DNA from: Squalus acanthias | Taxonomy: Eukaryota | Assembly (NCBI GenBank): GCA_030390025.1 | Contig: CM059431.1 | Coordinates: 149,050,001-149,114,000, forward strand | Direction: 5' to 3' | Length of the DNA stretch: 64,000 bases | Shown here: positions 23,483-36,620 of the stretch, piece by piece | Position numbering within the stretch: the stretch's first letter is position 1 | Layout: each line of letters opens with the position of its first letter | Notes under the pieces: generated by a model | The model's input: only the letters and a program-made list of their open reading frames with translations | Databases searched by the model: none | What the model was told of the DNA's origin: nothing | Made by a program: the position numbers and the translations under genes

Positions 23483-25205
23483 ATTGAAAGAAGAAGCGAA
23501 TTATGTTGCAAATAATAATAGTAAGCCTGAGGATTGGGAGAGTTTCAGAAACCAGCAAAGGTTGACCGAAAAATTGAAAAACGGGAATAAAATAGAATTA
23601 GAGAAAACTAGCAATAAATATCAATGCAGATTGAAAGAGTTTTTAAACGTATGTAAAAAGGTTAAGAGTGGCAAAAGTAAACGTTGGTCCCTTAGAGGCT
23701 GAGACAGGAGAAAATATTATGGGGAATATGTAATTGGCAGAAAAGTTAAACATATATTTTGTATCTGTCTTCATTGTAGAAAACACAAAAAGCATACCAA
23801 AAATGTTGGGGAACCAAGGGTCTAATTAGGAGGAGGAACTTAACATAATTAATATAAGTAAAGCAAAAGTAATAGAGAAATTAATGGGAATAAAAGCTGT
23901 CAAATTCCCTGGACCTGACGGCCTACATCCTTGGGCTTCAAAAGAGGTGGTTGAAGAGATAGTGGAAGCATTGGTTTTGATCTTCCAAAATTCCCTAGAA
24001 TCTGGAATGGTCCCAGCGGATTGGAAGATCGCAAATGTAACACCACTATTCAAGAAAGGAGGGAGAGAAAAAAACCAGGGTACTACAGGCCAGTTAGCCT
24101 GACATCAGTCGACGTGAAAATGCTGGTATCCATTGTTACGGAAGTGGTATCAAGTAATTTAGAAAATTACAACATGATTAGGCAGAGTCAACATGGTATT
24201 TTGAAAGAAATCGTGTTTGACAAATTTATTAGAGATTTCGGAGGATGTAACTAGCAGGGTAGATAAAGGGGAACCAGTGGATCCAATATATTTGGATTTC
24301 CAAAAGGCATTCGATAAGGTGCCATATTAAAGGTTATTGCACAAGATTAGGGCTCATGGGGTTGGGGTAAATATAATAGCATGGATCAAGGATTGGTTAA
24401 CCGACAGAAAACAGAGAGTAGGGATAAACGGATCATTTTTAGTTTGGCAGTATGTAACTACTGGGGTGCCGCAAGGATCAGTTTTGGGGACTCAGCTATT
24501 TACAATCTATATTAATAACCTAGTTAAAGGAACCGGGTGTAATGTATTCAAGTTTGCTGATGAAACCAACGCTAGATGGGACAGTATGCTTTGAGGAGAA
24601 CACAAAGAGACTGCAAAGGCATATAGATAGGCTAAAAGAATGGGCAGTAAGATGGCAGATGGAGTATAATGTAGAAAAATGTGAGGTTATTGATTTTGGT
24701 AGGAAGAATAGAAAAACAGAATATTTTTTACATGTTGAGAATCATTCAAATGTTGGTGTTCAGTGAGATTTGGGTGTCCTCGTGTGAGAAACACAGAAAG
24801 CTAGCAAGCAGGTACAGCAAACAATAAGGATGGCAAATTGTATGTTGCCCTTTATTGCAAGGGGTTGGATTATACGGGTAAGGAAGTCTTGCTACAATTG
24901 TAAAGGGCCTTTGCGTGACCACACCTGGAGTACTGTGCACAGTTTTGGTCTCCTTATCTAAGGAAGGATATACTTGCATTGGTGGCGGTACAACGAAGGT
25001 TCAAAAGATTGATTCCTGGGATAAGAGGGCTGTCGTTTTTGAGAGATTGTGCAGAATGGGCCTGAACTCCCAGGAGTTTAGAAGAATGAGGGGTGATCTC
25101 ATTGAAACATACATAAAATTGAAGAGGTTTAACAGAGTAGCTGCTGAGAGGTTGTTCCCCTGTCTGGAGTGTCTGGAACTAGGATACATAGTCTCGAGAT
25201 AATGA
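23483..25205 (+). mobile_element. Decayed CR1 LINE ORF2 fragment
   Basis: [52 protein letters not shown]. Confidence 0.9.
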
Positions 25206-25209
25206 CTAG

Positions 25210-27012
25210 GCTCCCTTCCCCGACTCTCAATCTCTCTCTTACCCCTTCAACAGTACTCTGTGTCTGTCTTCACCCCGGCTATTCTCCCTGACTGCCTCTC
25301 TCTTTATCTCCCCAAAATCTGCCTCTCTCTGTGTATGCCTACGTCTGTCTCCCCCGTCTGTTTCTCACCATCTGTCTCTCTCTGTTTCCCCCATCTGTCT
25401 CCCCGTCTGCTACCCATCTCACTCTCGCTCTACTCCCCTTAATTTGTCTCCCCCACTGAATCCCCATTTATGTCTATTCCATTGTCTCCCGCATTTATCT
25501 CTCTCTCTCTGTCTCACTCTATCTGTCTCCCAGGTCTGTCTCTCATCTGTCTCTCAGTCTGTCTGTTTGTCTCCCCGTCTGTCTCGCTCTCTCTTTCTCT
25601 ATCTGTCTCTCCCCACTTCAGTCTCCCTGTCTCCCTCCCCGTCAATCTCTCTCCCTCTCTGTCTCACTCCATCTGTCTCCACGGTCTGTTCCCCCACCGT
25701 CTGTCTGTCTATTTTTCTGCTCCGTCTTTCTCTCTCTCACACTCTGTCTCCGCACATCAGTCTCCCCGCCTTTCTCTCTTGATATCTCACTCATCTGTCT
25801 CCCTGTCTTTGTTTCCCCTATTCATATCACCACCGTCTGTCTCCTCCGTCTGCCACTCTCTCTCTCTCCATCTCCCAGTCGAGCTGCCTCCCCGTCTGAC
25901 TCACACTGTCTGCTTCTTTCTCTGTCTCCCGCATTTGTCTCTCTCTGCCTCTCTCTCTCTCTGTCTCACTGTGTCTGTCTAACCCCATCTATCTCATCGC
26001 CGAGGTCTGTCTCTCACTCTGTCTCCCTCATATTTATCTCTCACTCTGTCTCTCAAGTCTATTTCCCAAGTCTGTCTCCCCCGTCTTTCTCCCCTATATG
26101 TCTCCCCAGTTTGTATTCCCATAATTTCGCTCATCTGTCTCCCCCTTCTGTCTCCCCATTCTCTCTCACCCGGCTGTCTTCCCGTCTGTCTCTCTCGCTC
26201 TGGCTCTCCCATATGTGAAACTCACTGTCTCTCCCCCCGTCTGTCTCCCGACTCTGTCTCCCACACATGTCTCTAGCTGCTTCCCCCTTCTGTCTCCCCA
26301 GTCTGTCTGTCTCTCGCACCTGTCTCACCCCATCTGTCTCCCTCTATCTGTAACACACCATCATCTGTCTCTGTCACTCTCTCTCTCTGTGTCAATCCCG
26401 TCTGTTCTCTTTCTTACTTCCCCCGTCTGTCTGCCCATCTGTCTATTTATGTGTCACCCACCATCTGTCTCCCTCCAATCTGTCTCCATCAGTCTCTCAC
26501 ACCGTTGGTCTGTCTCTCCTCCCACGAGTCTGTTGATTTCTCTCTATCTCAAACTGTATATCTCTCTCTCTGTCTTGCATCATCTGTCGAACTCCCCCGT
26601 GCCCCCAACCACGTCGCTCTCTCTCTCTCTGTCTGTCACCGACTGTCTGTCTCCCCCAACTTTCTCTGTCCGTCTGCCTCAAGCCAGCTTTGTCCCCGTG
26701 TCTGTCTCACTCTGTCTCCCCTCATGTGCCTCTCCGCCTGTCTCACTCTCTGTCTCGTCCACTCCATCCCCCCGTTTGTCTCTCTGTCTCACTGGCACCG
26801 CTGTAAGTCTCTCTCTCTGTCACCCTCATTTGTCTCCCTCCGTTTGTCTACCCCGTCTCTCTCTCAGTCTCGCCCCCATGGGTGTCTCTCTCTCTTTCTC
26901 CCCATCTGTCCCCCAATATCTCTCTCCCCCGTCTGACTCCACGCCGTCTGTCTCTCTTCAGTAGGGCGCTCATCTGTCTCTTTCTGTGTCTCCCGATCTG
27001 TCACCTCCACAC
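25210..27012. repeat. Pyrimidine-rich low-complexity tract
   Basis: Composition; same motifs as 18100-21405. Confidence 0.92.
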
Positions 27013-27142
27013 CTGTGAGAAAGTCAGAGAGAATTACAGACGGGGAAGACGGTCGCCAGGGAGATGGATGGACAGGGACCGAGAGAGAGACAGACTGGGG
27101 AGAGACATTGTTGCAGCGAGAGAGAGAGATACGGTGGGAGAG

Positions 27143-27201
<59 letters not shown>

Positions 27202-27405
27202 CAGATGAGGGTGAGTCAGACCAGGGGGTGGGAGTGGTTGGAGACTGACAGTGTATTTTAGAGAGACAGACGAGCACATGTGTTGCGAGAAACAGGGGTG
27301 CCAGAGAAAGTGAGACATTCCTGGAGAGGGAGACAGGGAGAGCATCACACCGGTTGTGAGAGAGATGAATGGAGATAGACGGGGTGAAGAGACAGACGAT
27401 GGGTG

Positions 27406-27471
<66 letters not shown>

Positions 27472-27563
27472 CGAGGGAGACGGGGAGACAGACGGGGGGA
27501 GATAGAGAGATAGGCAGATGAGGGGAGACTGATGGAGACGAGGCAGATTGGGGACAGTGGTAT

Positions 27564-27603
<40 letters not shown>

Positions 27604-29432
27604 AGGAGACAGAATGGGAGAGACAGAGAGAGAGTCAGATGAGGGCAGAGTGATGGAGAGTAAGCAGATTGGGTGTCAGTGAGAGAGAGATAGAGAGAGA
27701 GAGAGAGAGGACACAGACGGGGGCAGACACAGAGAGAGTCAGATAAGAAGTGACTGGTGGAAAGGAAGCAGATTGTGGGACAGTGAGAGAGAGAGAGACA
27801 GACAGATGGGGTGACAGATGGGGGGCTGAGAGGGTGAGAGAGAGATGGTTAGACAGACGGAGAGGAAACAGGTCGGCGACAGAGAGAGAAACTGATGGGA
27901 GGACAGCAAGAGAAAGCTGACGCTGGTTTTGATAGAGAGTGAGATGAGGTAGGAGACAGATGGTTGTGCGACAGATGCAGGGAGACAGAGAGAATCACAG
28001 ATGGGGAGACAGAGAGAGACAGACTGGTGCGACAGATACAGATAGAGATTGGGGGAGGCACAGCGAGAGAGAGAGAGAGATAGACCGGGCGACTGATGGT
28101 GGGGAGACAGATGGAGTAGCCAAGCGAGGGCGAATGAGAGAGTGAGAGATGTGGAGACAGAGAGAAACAGACGGGGGGAGGAGATAGAAAGAGATGGAGA
28201 GGTGGCAGACAGATGGACACAGAAGGGGGTACCAAGAGAGAGAGAGAGATGGGGAGACAGAAGGGCGGACGGCAGAGAGAGAGACTGATCGGGGGGTGAC
28301 AGACGGACAGGAGGCAGAGTGGGTGTCAGAGAAAGAGACTGATTGTGACGGAGACAGAGAGTGAGAGAGATGGTGTAGGCTAATGGAGAGTTGACAGATC
28401 GGGAAACAGAGAGTGAGCCTGACGGGTGGACAGAGAGAGAGAGACTGACGATTGGATTGATAGATAGAGAGACGTCTTAGCAGACAGACGGGTGTGAGAC
28501 TGGCGGGGTGAGACAGAGAGAATCACAGAAGAGAGAGACAGAGAACGGTCAATGGGGGAGACAGACGGCAGAGACCGACGGCGGTACACAGGTAGGCGGG
28601 ACAGAAAATGTCAGACGATGTGATATAGGTGGAGATAGGGAGAGAAAGACAGGGGCGGCAGATGGGGGATATAGGGAGTGAGAGAGAGAGAGAGAGAGGC
28701 TGGGGCGACAGACTGGGGAGACAGACGGGTCAACAAAGAGAGAGAAATAGATGAGAGACAAGGAGATTAATACAGGGAGCGACAGACGGAGGATATAGAC
28801 ATAGAGACAGAAGCAGAGAGACAGACGAGCATTGACAGAGAGAGAGAGATAGACATAGACGGAGGAGACAGATGGGTTAGACTGACATGGCAGACAGAAA
28901 CTGGGAGATAGAGGGAAAGCCAAACGGGCAATTGATGGAGAGAGACAGTCGGAATGGAGCTAGATTGGGGTGGGGGCGACAAAGACAGAACAAACGGCGG
29001 GAGACAGAGAGAGAGGCAGACGTGGGGAGAGAGACCGGAGGAGGAGGAGAGAAAACAGGCGGGGAGACAGACGGGGAAGATAAACGGGGGAGATAGAAAG
29101 AAAGTCCGACGGGAGAAATGGTTGGAGACAGACGGCAGGGAGACAGGTGTGGCAGTGACAGAGAGAGAGAGAGCGAGAGACGAGATGAGACAGACAGACA
29201 GAGTGAGAGAGGGAGAGACATAGAGAGAGAGAGAGACGGGGAGGGTTAGCTAGACAGGGAACGCAGATGGGGGAAAGAGAGAGGGACAGACTGGGGAAAG
29301 CCAGTGAGAGAGAAAGTCAGGAGACAAAAAGAAAGGGGGAAGATAGATGGTGGACAACAGAGAGAGAGAGAGATGGGGAACAGACGGGTGGGTAAGGCAG
29401 ATCGGGAGACAGAAAGAGAGAGAAACCGAGCG

Positions 29433-29497
<65 letters not shown>

Positions 29498-29976
29498 CAG
29501 ATGGGGAGACAGAGAGAGAGGGATACGGGGAGACAGAGAGGTAGATGGAGAGAGAGGCAGATGGGGGAGACAGCCTGGGTAGAGAAGGATAGACAGAGAG
29601 AGAGAAAGAGACAGACAGATGGGGAGACAGAGAGAGAGAGGGATACGGGGAGACAGACAGGTAGTTGGAGAGAGAGGCAGATGTGGGAGACAGCCCGGGT
29701 AGAGAAGAATAGACAGAGAGAGAGAGTGAGAGAGAGAGAGAGAGAGATTGGGAGACAGAGAGAGAGGGACACGGGGAGAAATACAGGTAGATGGAGGGAG
29801 AGGCAAATGGGGGAGACAGCCCGGGTAGAGAAGGTCAGACAGAGAGAGTGAGAGAGAGAGAGACAGATGGGGAGACAGAGAGAGAGGGATATGGGGGAGA
29901 CAGACAGGTAGATGGAGGGAGAGGCAGATGGGGGAGACAGCCATGGTAGCGAAGGATAGACAGAGAGAGAGAGAGG

Positions 29977-30023
<47 letters not shown>

Positions 30024-31925
30024 ATGGAGGGAAGGCAGACAGGGGGTAATTAGAGAGGGAGTCAGCCGGGGTAGACAGAGTAAAGGAGACAGAAAAAACG
30101 AGAGGAAACAGACGGCTGAGAGATCGATGAGGGCGAAAGCGATATAGACAGTTGGGCAGAGACAAAGATAGGCACAGATGTGGGGCAGAAAGGTGGGGCG
30201 TGGTAGACGTGGAGACAGATGGGAGCGAGACAGAGTTAGAGACAGACTAGAGGAGACAAGAGAGGGAGAGATGGGGGAAACAGACGTGGCGGAGACAGAC
30301 GGGGGAGATGTGGCGCAGTCAGGGAGGGAGAAACACAAATTGGGAGACAGAGACAGGAGAGAGAGAGAGAGATGTAGGGAGCCATAAATGAGCGACAGGC
30401 GATGGTTAAACAGATAGAGAGAGTTAAACAGACGAGGGAGACAGATGGGTGAGATAATTGGGGGAGACAGATTGAGAGTGAGATCGGCGAAGTGGCAGGT
30501 GGAGGTGATTTAGAAGTGAGGCAGACGGGGAAAACACACAGTGGAGACAGAAAGAAACAGACGGGGGGGGGGGAGACAGGCAGGAGGCGACAGACAGGAC
30601 TAAACAGACGGGTGTAGTCAGGAAGGAGTCGACAGATGGGTGGAGATAGAGAGAGAGAGAGAGAGCGAGAGAGAGACAGATCGTGTTGTGGCGACAGACA
30701 CTGGGGATTTAAATATGCCAGACATGGAAAAAGACAGAAGGGGGAGAGAGAAGGGGAGACAGATTATTTAAAAAAGATGGAGGAGACTGACAGTGTGAGA
30801 CAGACAGGGAGGCAGAGAGGGAGCCAAACGGGGAAACAGATGGGGGAGACAGAGTGAGAAAGAGAGAGAGAGAGCGAGAGCGAGAGAGAGAGAGAGAGGG
30901 GGGGGGGGAGGCTGAGAAAGATAAAGATGGGGAGACAGACGGGGAGACAAAGAGAGGCAGACAAGGACGAAAGAGAGAGATGGAGACGGGGAGAGAGTGG
31001 TCTTGGAGATGGATGAGGGGATACACCTAGAGAGAGAGCGACAGACCCGGGGAGGGTCACGGGTGGAGAGAGAGAGAGTGATGCGATGGGAGCCAGAGAG
31101 AGAGTGACAGATGAAGGTGAGACAGACAGGGTTGAGGGGGGAGAGATGAATGGACAAACTCTAGGGGAGACAGATGGTGTATGCCAGAGAGAGATGGAGA
31201 CCGATAGGAGAGACAGACGGCAGGGAGACAGACGGGGCGAAGAGAGGGAGAGAGAGAGAGGGAGATAGAGAGACAGATGGGGAGATAGGGAGAAAAAGAC
31301 GCGAGTGACAGACAGGGGCACAGAAAGAGAGACAGACAGGGGGAGACAGTCAGGGGAGTCAGACATGGGGAGATTTCGGGAGAGAGAGAGACAGAAGGGA
31401 TGAGACGGAGAGAGACAGAAGGAGTGAAACGGATCAGGGAATCAGATGAGGGTAAGTGATAGACAGAGGGGAAGCAGAGAATAAGAGAAACAGGGCGAGA
31501 CAGAAGGGGGAGACAGAGAGAGAGAGACGCGGCAGCAGACAGACAAAGAGCCACAAATGTGGGTGATTGAGAGAGGGAGACAGACATGGGGAGCAGGCGG
31601 GGAAGACAAAGAGAAAGACAGACCGGGGAGACGAAGAGCGATATAGAAGTTGGGGGACAGATGGCAGTGAAACGTTTGGAGAACAGAAACGAATTGAGAC
31701 ATACGGGTTTGGGGAGGTGATGGAAAGTGCGTTGGTAACAGAGAGAGTGATGGGGAAGTTAAACGGGGAGGAGGGAGACTCGGGTTACAGAGAGAGACAG
31801 AGACAGACCGGGGGGAGACAGACTGGGGGCACAAGAGACGGATGGAGACAGGCGGGGGCGGGAGACAGGCGGTGCGTGACAGAAAGAGACAGACGGGGGA
31901 GACAGACGGTGAGGCGACAGACCAA
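27013..31925. repeat. Purine-rich (GA/GGGGAGACAG) low-complexity tract with (GA)n microsatellites
   Basis: Reverse-complement composition of the preceding tract; ~120-bp internal repeats at ~29500-29970. Confidence 0.92.
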
Positions 31926-32128
31926 GGAAATAGGAAGAACCTCTGGTAACGGGGAAAATGAACCATCATCTAAAAACTGACCAATTCTCCAGCACTTAAG
32001 TCAGCCTATGCAAATAACCCAGTTCCCGGAAACTGACCAGTTGGCCATTACATAGAACATAGAAGAGTACAGCACAGTACAGGCCCTTCGGCCCTCGATG
32101 TTGTGCCGAGCATTGTCCGAGACCATGA

Positions 32129-35030
32129 TCAAGCTATCACACTCCCTATCACTCTGGTGTGCTCCATGTGCTTATGCAATAACCGCTTGAAAGTTCCTAA
32201 CGTGTCCGACTCCACTATCACAGCAGGCAGTCCATTCCACACCCCAACCACTCTCTGAGTAAAGAATCTACCTCGGACATCCCTTCTATATCTCCCCCCA
32301 TGCACCTTATAGTTATGCCCCCTTGTAACAGCTGCCTCTACCCGAGGAAATAGTCTCTGAATATCCACTCTATCTATCCCCCTCATTATCTTATAAACCT
32401 CTATTAAGTCGCCTCTCATCCTCCTCCGCTCTAAAGAGAAAAGCCCCAACTCCCTCAATCTTTCCTCATAAGACCTCCCCCCCAAACCAGGCAGCATCCT
32501 GGTAAATCTCCTTTGCACTCTTTCCAATGCTTCCACGTCCTTCCTATAGTGAGGTGACCAGAACTGCACACAATATTCCAAATGTGGTCTCACCAAGGTC
32601 CTGTACAGTTGCAGCATAACCTCACGGTTCTTAAACTCAAACCCTCTGTTAATGAACGCCAACACACCATAGGCCTTCTTTACTGCTCTATCCACTTGAG
32701 TGGCAACCTTCAGAGATCTGTGGATATGAACCCCCAGATACCTCTGCTCCTCCACGTTCCTCAGAACCCTGCCATTGACCCGGTAATCCTTATTCAAATT
32801 TGCCCTACCAAAATGAATCACCTCGCACTTATCAGGGTTAAATTCCATCTGCTATTTTTCGGCCCAGCTCTGCATCCTATCAATGTCTCTTTGCAGCCTA
32901 CAACTGCCCTCCACCTCATCCACTACTCCACCAATCTTGGTGTCATCAGCAAATTTACTGATCCACCCTTCAGTCCCCTCCTCCAAGTCATTGATAAAAA
33001 TCACAAACAGCAGAGGACCCAGCACCGAGCCCTGTGGCACACCGCTGGTAACTGGTCTCCAGTCGGAAAATGTTCCATCCACCACCACCCTCTGCCTTCT
33101 ATGAGATAGCCAGTTACTTATCCAATCGGCCAAATTTACCTCTATCCCACAACTCCTTACTTTCTTCATGAGACGACCATGGGGAACCTTATCAAACGCC
33201 TTACTAAAATCCATGTATACGACATCAACTGCTCTACCTTCATCTACACACTTAGTTACCTCCTCAAAGAATTCAATCAAATTTGTTAGGCAAGACTTAC
33301 CCTTCACGAATCCGTGTTGACTATCCCTGATTAAGTTGCCCCTTTCCAAATGGTCATAAATCCTATCCCTCAGGACCTTTTCCATTATCTTACCAACCAC
33401 CGAAGTAAGACTAAACGGCCTATAATTACCAGGGTCATTCCTATTTCCTTTCTTGAAGAGAGGAACAACATTCGCCACTCTCCAGTCCTCTGGCACCATC
33501 CCCGTGGACAGTGAGGACCCAAAGATCAAAGCCAGAGGTTCTGCAATCTCCTCCCTTGCCTCCCAAAGAATCCTAGGATATATCCCATCTGGCCGAGGGG
33601 ACTTATCGACCCTCAGGTTCTTCAAAATTGCTAGAACATCTTCCCTCAGAACATCTACCACCTCCAGCCTATCCACCTTTATCACACTCTCATCCTCAAG
33701 AACATGGCCCCTCTCCTCGGTGAACACTGACGAAATGTATTCATTCATCACCTCTCCTATCTCTTCTGACTCCATGCACAAGTTCCCACTACTGTCCTTG
33801 ACCGGCCCTCCCCTCACCCTGGTCAATCTTTTATTTCTCACATAAGAGTAAAAAGCCTTGGGGTTTTTCTTGATCCGACCCGCCAAGGACTTCTCATGCC
33901 CCCTCCTAGCTCTCCTAAGCTCTTTTTTTAGCTCATTCCTTGCTACCTTGTACCCCTCAATCGACCCAACTGAACCTTGTTTTCTCATCCTTACATACGC
34001 TTCCTTTTTCCTCTTGACTAGACATTCAACCTCTTTTGTGAACCATGGTTCTCTCACTCGGCCATTTCCTCCCTGCCTGACAGGGACATACCTATCAAGG
34101 ACACGCAGTAATTGCTCCATGAAAAAGCTCCACTTTTCGTTTGTGCCTTTCCCTGATAGTTCTGTTCCCATCTTATACACCCTAATTCTTGCCTAATCGC
34201 ATCATAATTAACCCTCCCCCAATTATAAACCCTGCCCTGCCGTATGGCCCTATCCCTCTCCATTGCAAGAGTGAAAGTTACCGAATTGTGGTCACTATCT
34301 CCAAAGTGCTCTCCCACATACAAATCAAACACTTGGCCCGGTTCATTACCCAGTACCAAATCCAACGTGGCCCCACCTCTTGTCGGCCTATCCACATATT
34401 GTGTCAGGAAACCCTCCTGCACACACTGTGCAAAAACTATCCCATCCGAACTGTTTGACCTATACAGGTTCCAATCAATATTTGGAAAGTTGAAGTCACC
34501 CATGACAACTATTCTGTGACCTCCACACCTATTCATAATCTGCTTTGCAATTTCTTCCTCCACATCTTTATTACTATTTGGGGGCCTGTAGAAAACTCCT
34601 AACAACGTGACCGCTCCTTTCCTATTTCTAACTTCAGCCCATATTACCTCAGACGGCAGATCCCCCTCGAACTGCCTTTCTGCCGCTGTTAAACTATCCT
34701 TGATTAACAATGCTACTCCTCCACCTTTCTTACCAACTTCCCTACTCTTACTGAAACATCTATACCCCGGAACTTCCAACAACCAATCCTGTCCCTGTTC
34801 TAACCATGTCTCCGTAATGGCCACCACATCGTAGTCCCAAGTACCAATCCACGCTCCAAGTTCTCCTACCTTATTCCGGATGCTCCTTGCATTGAAGTAG
34901 ACACACTTCAAGCCATCTTCCTGTCTGCCGGTACATTCCTGCGACCTTGATACCCTCCTCAGTACCTCCCTACACTCACCACTGGCTCGTGGACTACAGC
35001 CCTTTTTCCCATCCCCCTGACAAATTAGTT
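32129..35030 (-). pseudogene. CR1 ORF2 (APE endonuclease + reverse transcriptase) with one frameshift and one nonsense codon
   Basis: [46 protein letters not shown]. Frameshift near 34165 and TAG at 32852-32854 in place of Trp. Confidence 0.93.
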
Positions 35031-35951
35031 TAAACCCCCCCGAAAAGCCGTAGCAAATTTCCCTCCCAGGATATTGGTGCCCCTCTGGTTCAGGTGCAAA
35101 CCGTCCTGTTTGTACAGGTCCCACCTTCCCCAGAATGTGCTCCAATTATCCACATAACTGAAACCCTCCCCCCTACACCATCCCTGCAGCCACGTGTTTA
35201 TCTGCACTCTCTCCCTGTTCCTCAACTCGCTAGCACGTGGCACCGGCAACAAACCAGAAATTACAACATGGTTTGTACTGGCTCTCAGCTTCCAACCTAG
35301 CTCCCTAAATTCCTGTTTTAAATCCCCGTCCCTTCTCCTACCTATGTCGTTGGTACCGATGTGTACCACGACTTGTGATTGTTCCCCTTCCCCTTTGAGG
35401 ATTCTGAAAACACGGTCCGAGACGTCACGGACCCTGGCACCCGGGAGGCAACATACCATCCGTGAGTCTCTTTTGCTGCCACAGAACCTCCTATCTGTCC
35501 CTCTGACTATTGAGTCCCCAATAACTATTGCTCTCCTGCTCTCCCCCCTTCCCTTCTGAGCCACAGGGACGGACCCAGCGCCGGAGATCCGGTCACCGTG
35601 GCTTACCACTGGTAAGTCGTCCCCCTCAACAGTATTCAAAGCGGTATACCTGTTACTGAGGGGAACGACCACAGAGGATCCCTGCACTGACTGCTTCCTC
35701 CTAGCCCCTCTCACCGTCACCCATCTATCTTCATGCTTTGGAGTAATTACTTCCCTGAAGCTTCTATCTATGACCTCCTCTGCCTCCCGAATGATCCGAA
35801 GTTCATCCAGCTCCAGCTCCAGTTCCCTAACACGGTTTTCGAGGAGCTGGAGATGGGTGCACCTCCCACGGTTGTAATCAGCAGGGACACCTACGGCGTC
35901 CCTCACCTCAAACATTCTGCAGGAGGAACATTTCACTGCCTCCCCTGCCAT
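35025..35951 (-). CDS. CR1 ORF1: zinc-finger/coiled coil + SGNH esterase, 308 aa
   Basis: CSSC, LENRVRELELEL heptads, IGDSIVR, LPGA, IGTND, DGLHLN. Confidence 0.93.
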   Translation of the reverse strand: MAGEAVKCSSCRMFEVRDAVGVPADYNRGRCTHLQLLENRVRELELELDELRIIREAEEVIDRSFREVITPKHEDRWVTVRGARRKQSVQGSSVVVPLSNRYTALNTVEGDDLPVVSHGDRISGAGSVPVAQKGRGESRRAIVIGDSIVRGTDRRFCGSKRDSRMVCCLPGARVRDVSDRVFRILKGEGEQSQVVVHIGTNDIGRRRDGDLKQEFRELGWKLRASTNHVVISGLLPVPRASELRNRERVQINTWLQGWCRGEGFSYVDNWSTFWGRWDLYKQDGLHLNQRGTNILGGKFATAFRGGLN

Positions 35952-36060
35952 CCCCTCCAGCTTACTTGCAGATTAAACTTAGATCAAAAAAGAGCTTACC
36001 TGATAGTCACTCACCTCCTTTAGGTTAGAGGAGGAGGAAGGGTGGGGGACACTACAAGTG

Positions 36061-36620
36061 AAAAGATGCAAACTGTTCTACCACCCAGAATATGACCAAT
36101 TGACCATCACCTAAACAAATACAGGTAAACTGACCCTTCACCCAGCAACTGATAAATTGACCATGTCCTAAACGAACATGTGTAAGCTGAACCCGCAACG
36201 ATAATTTGACCAATGAACAACAACTAACCCAGCACATGTAATTTGACCCAGTTCCCATTAACTGACCAAGTCTCCGTCACTTAAGCCTGCCCATGTAAAT
36301 GGCACAGTTCCCAAAAACTGACCAGTTAGCAATCATCAACGCCAATATACGTAAACTGACCCAGCACACAGAAACTGACCGATGAGCAACACCCACCCCA
36401 CACAGTTCCCAGAAACTGACCAATTCACGATCACCGAACCGGGCACAGGCAAAATGAACCCGCACCAAAAAACTGACCAATGAACCATCTCCTAACCGAA
36501 CACGTGTAAACTGATCATGCACGGATAAATTGACCAAGTGAGAATCAACCAACCCAGCAGATGCAAAGTGGCCCAGTAACCGTAAAGTGATTAAGAAATC
36601 ACGAACTAACCCAATATGTT
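36061..36620. repeat. Degenerate ~58-bp AAACTGACC-containing tandem repeat (also 31930-32049)
   Basis: Recurring AAACTGACCAA / TAAACTGACCC motifs. Confidence 0.7.

Larger units (their letters stand above)
32050..36060 (-). mobile_element. Near full-length CR1 LINE (~4.0 kb)
   Basis: Short 5'UTR, ORF1, ORF2 (APE + RT), 3'UTR and (TTCTATG)n tail. Interrupts the AAACTGACC repeat present on both sides. Confidence 0.95.

Noticed and set aside
18119..31980. Many long S/L/P/C-rich or R/E-rich ORFs (up to 477 aa)
   Set aside because: Stop-poor TC/GA low-complexity DNA.
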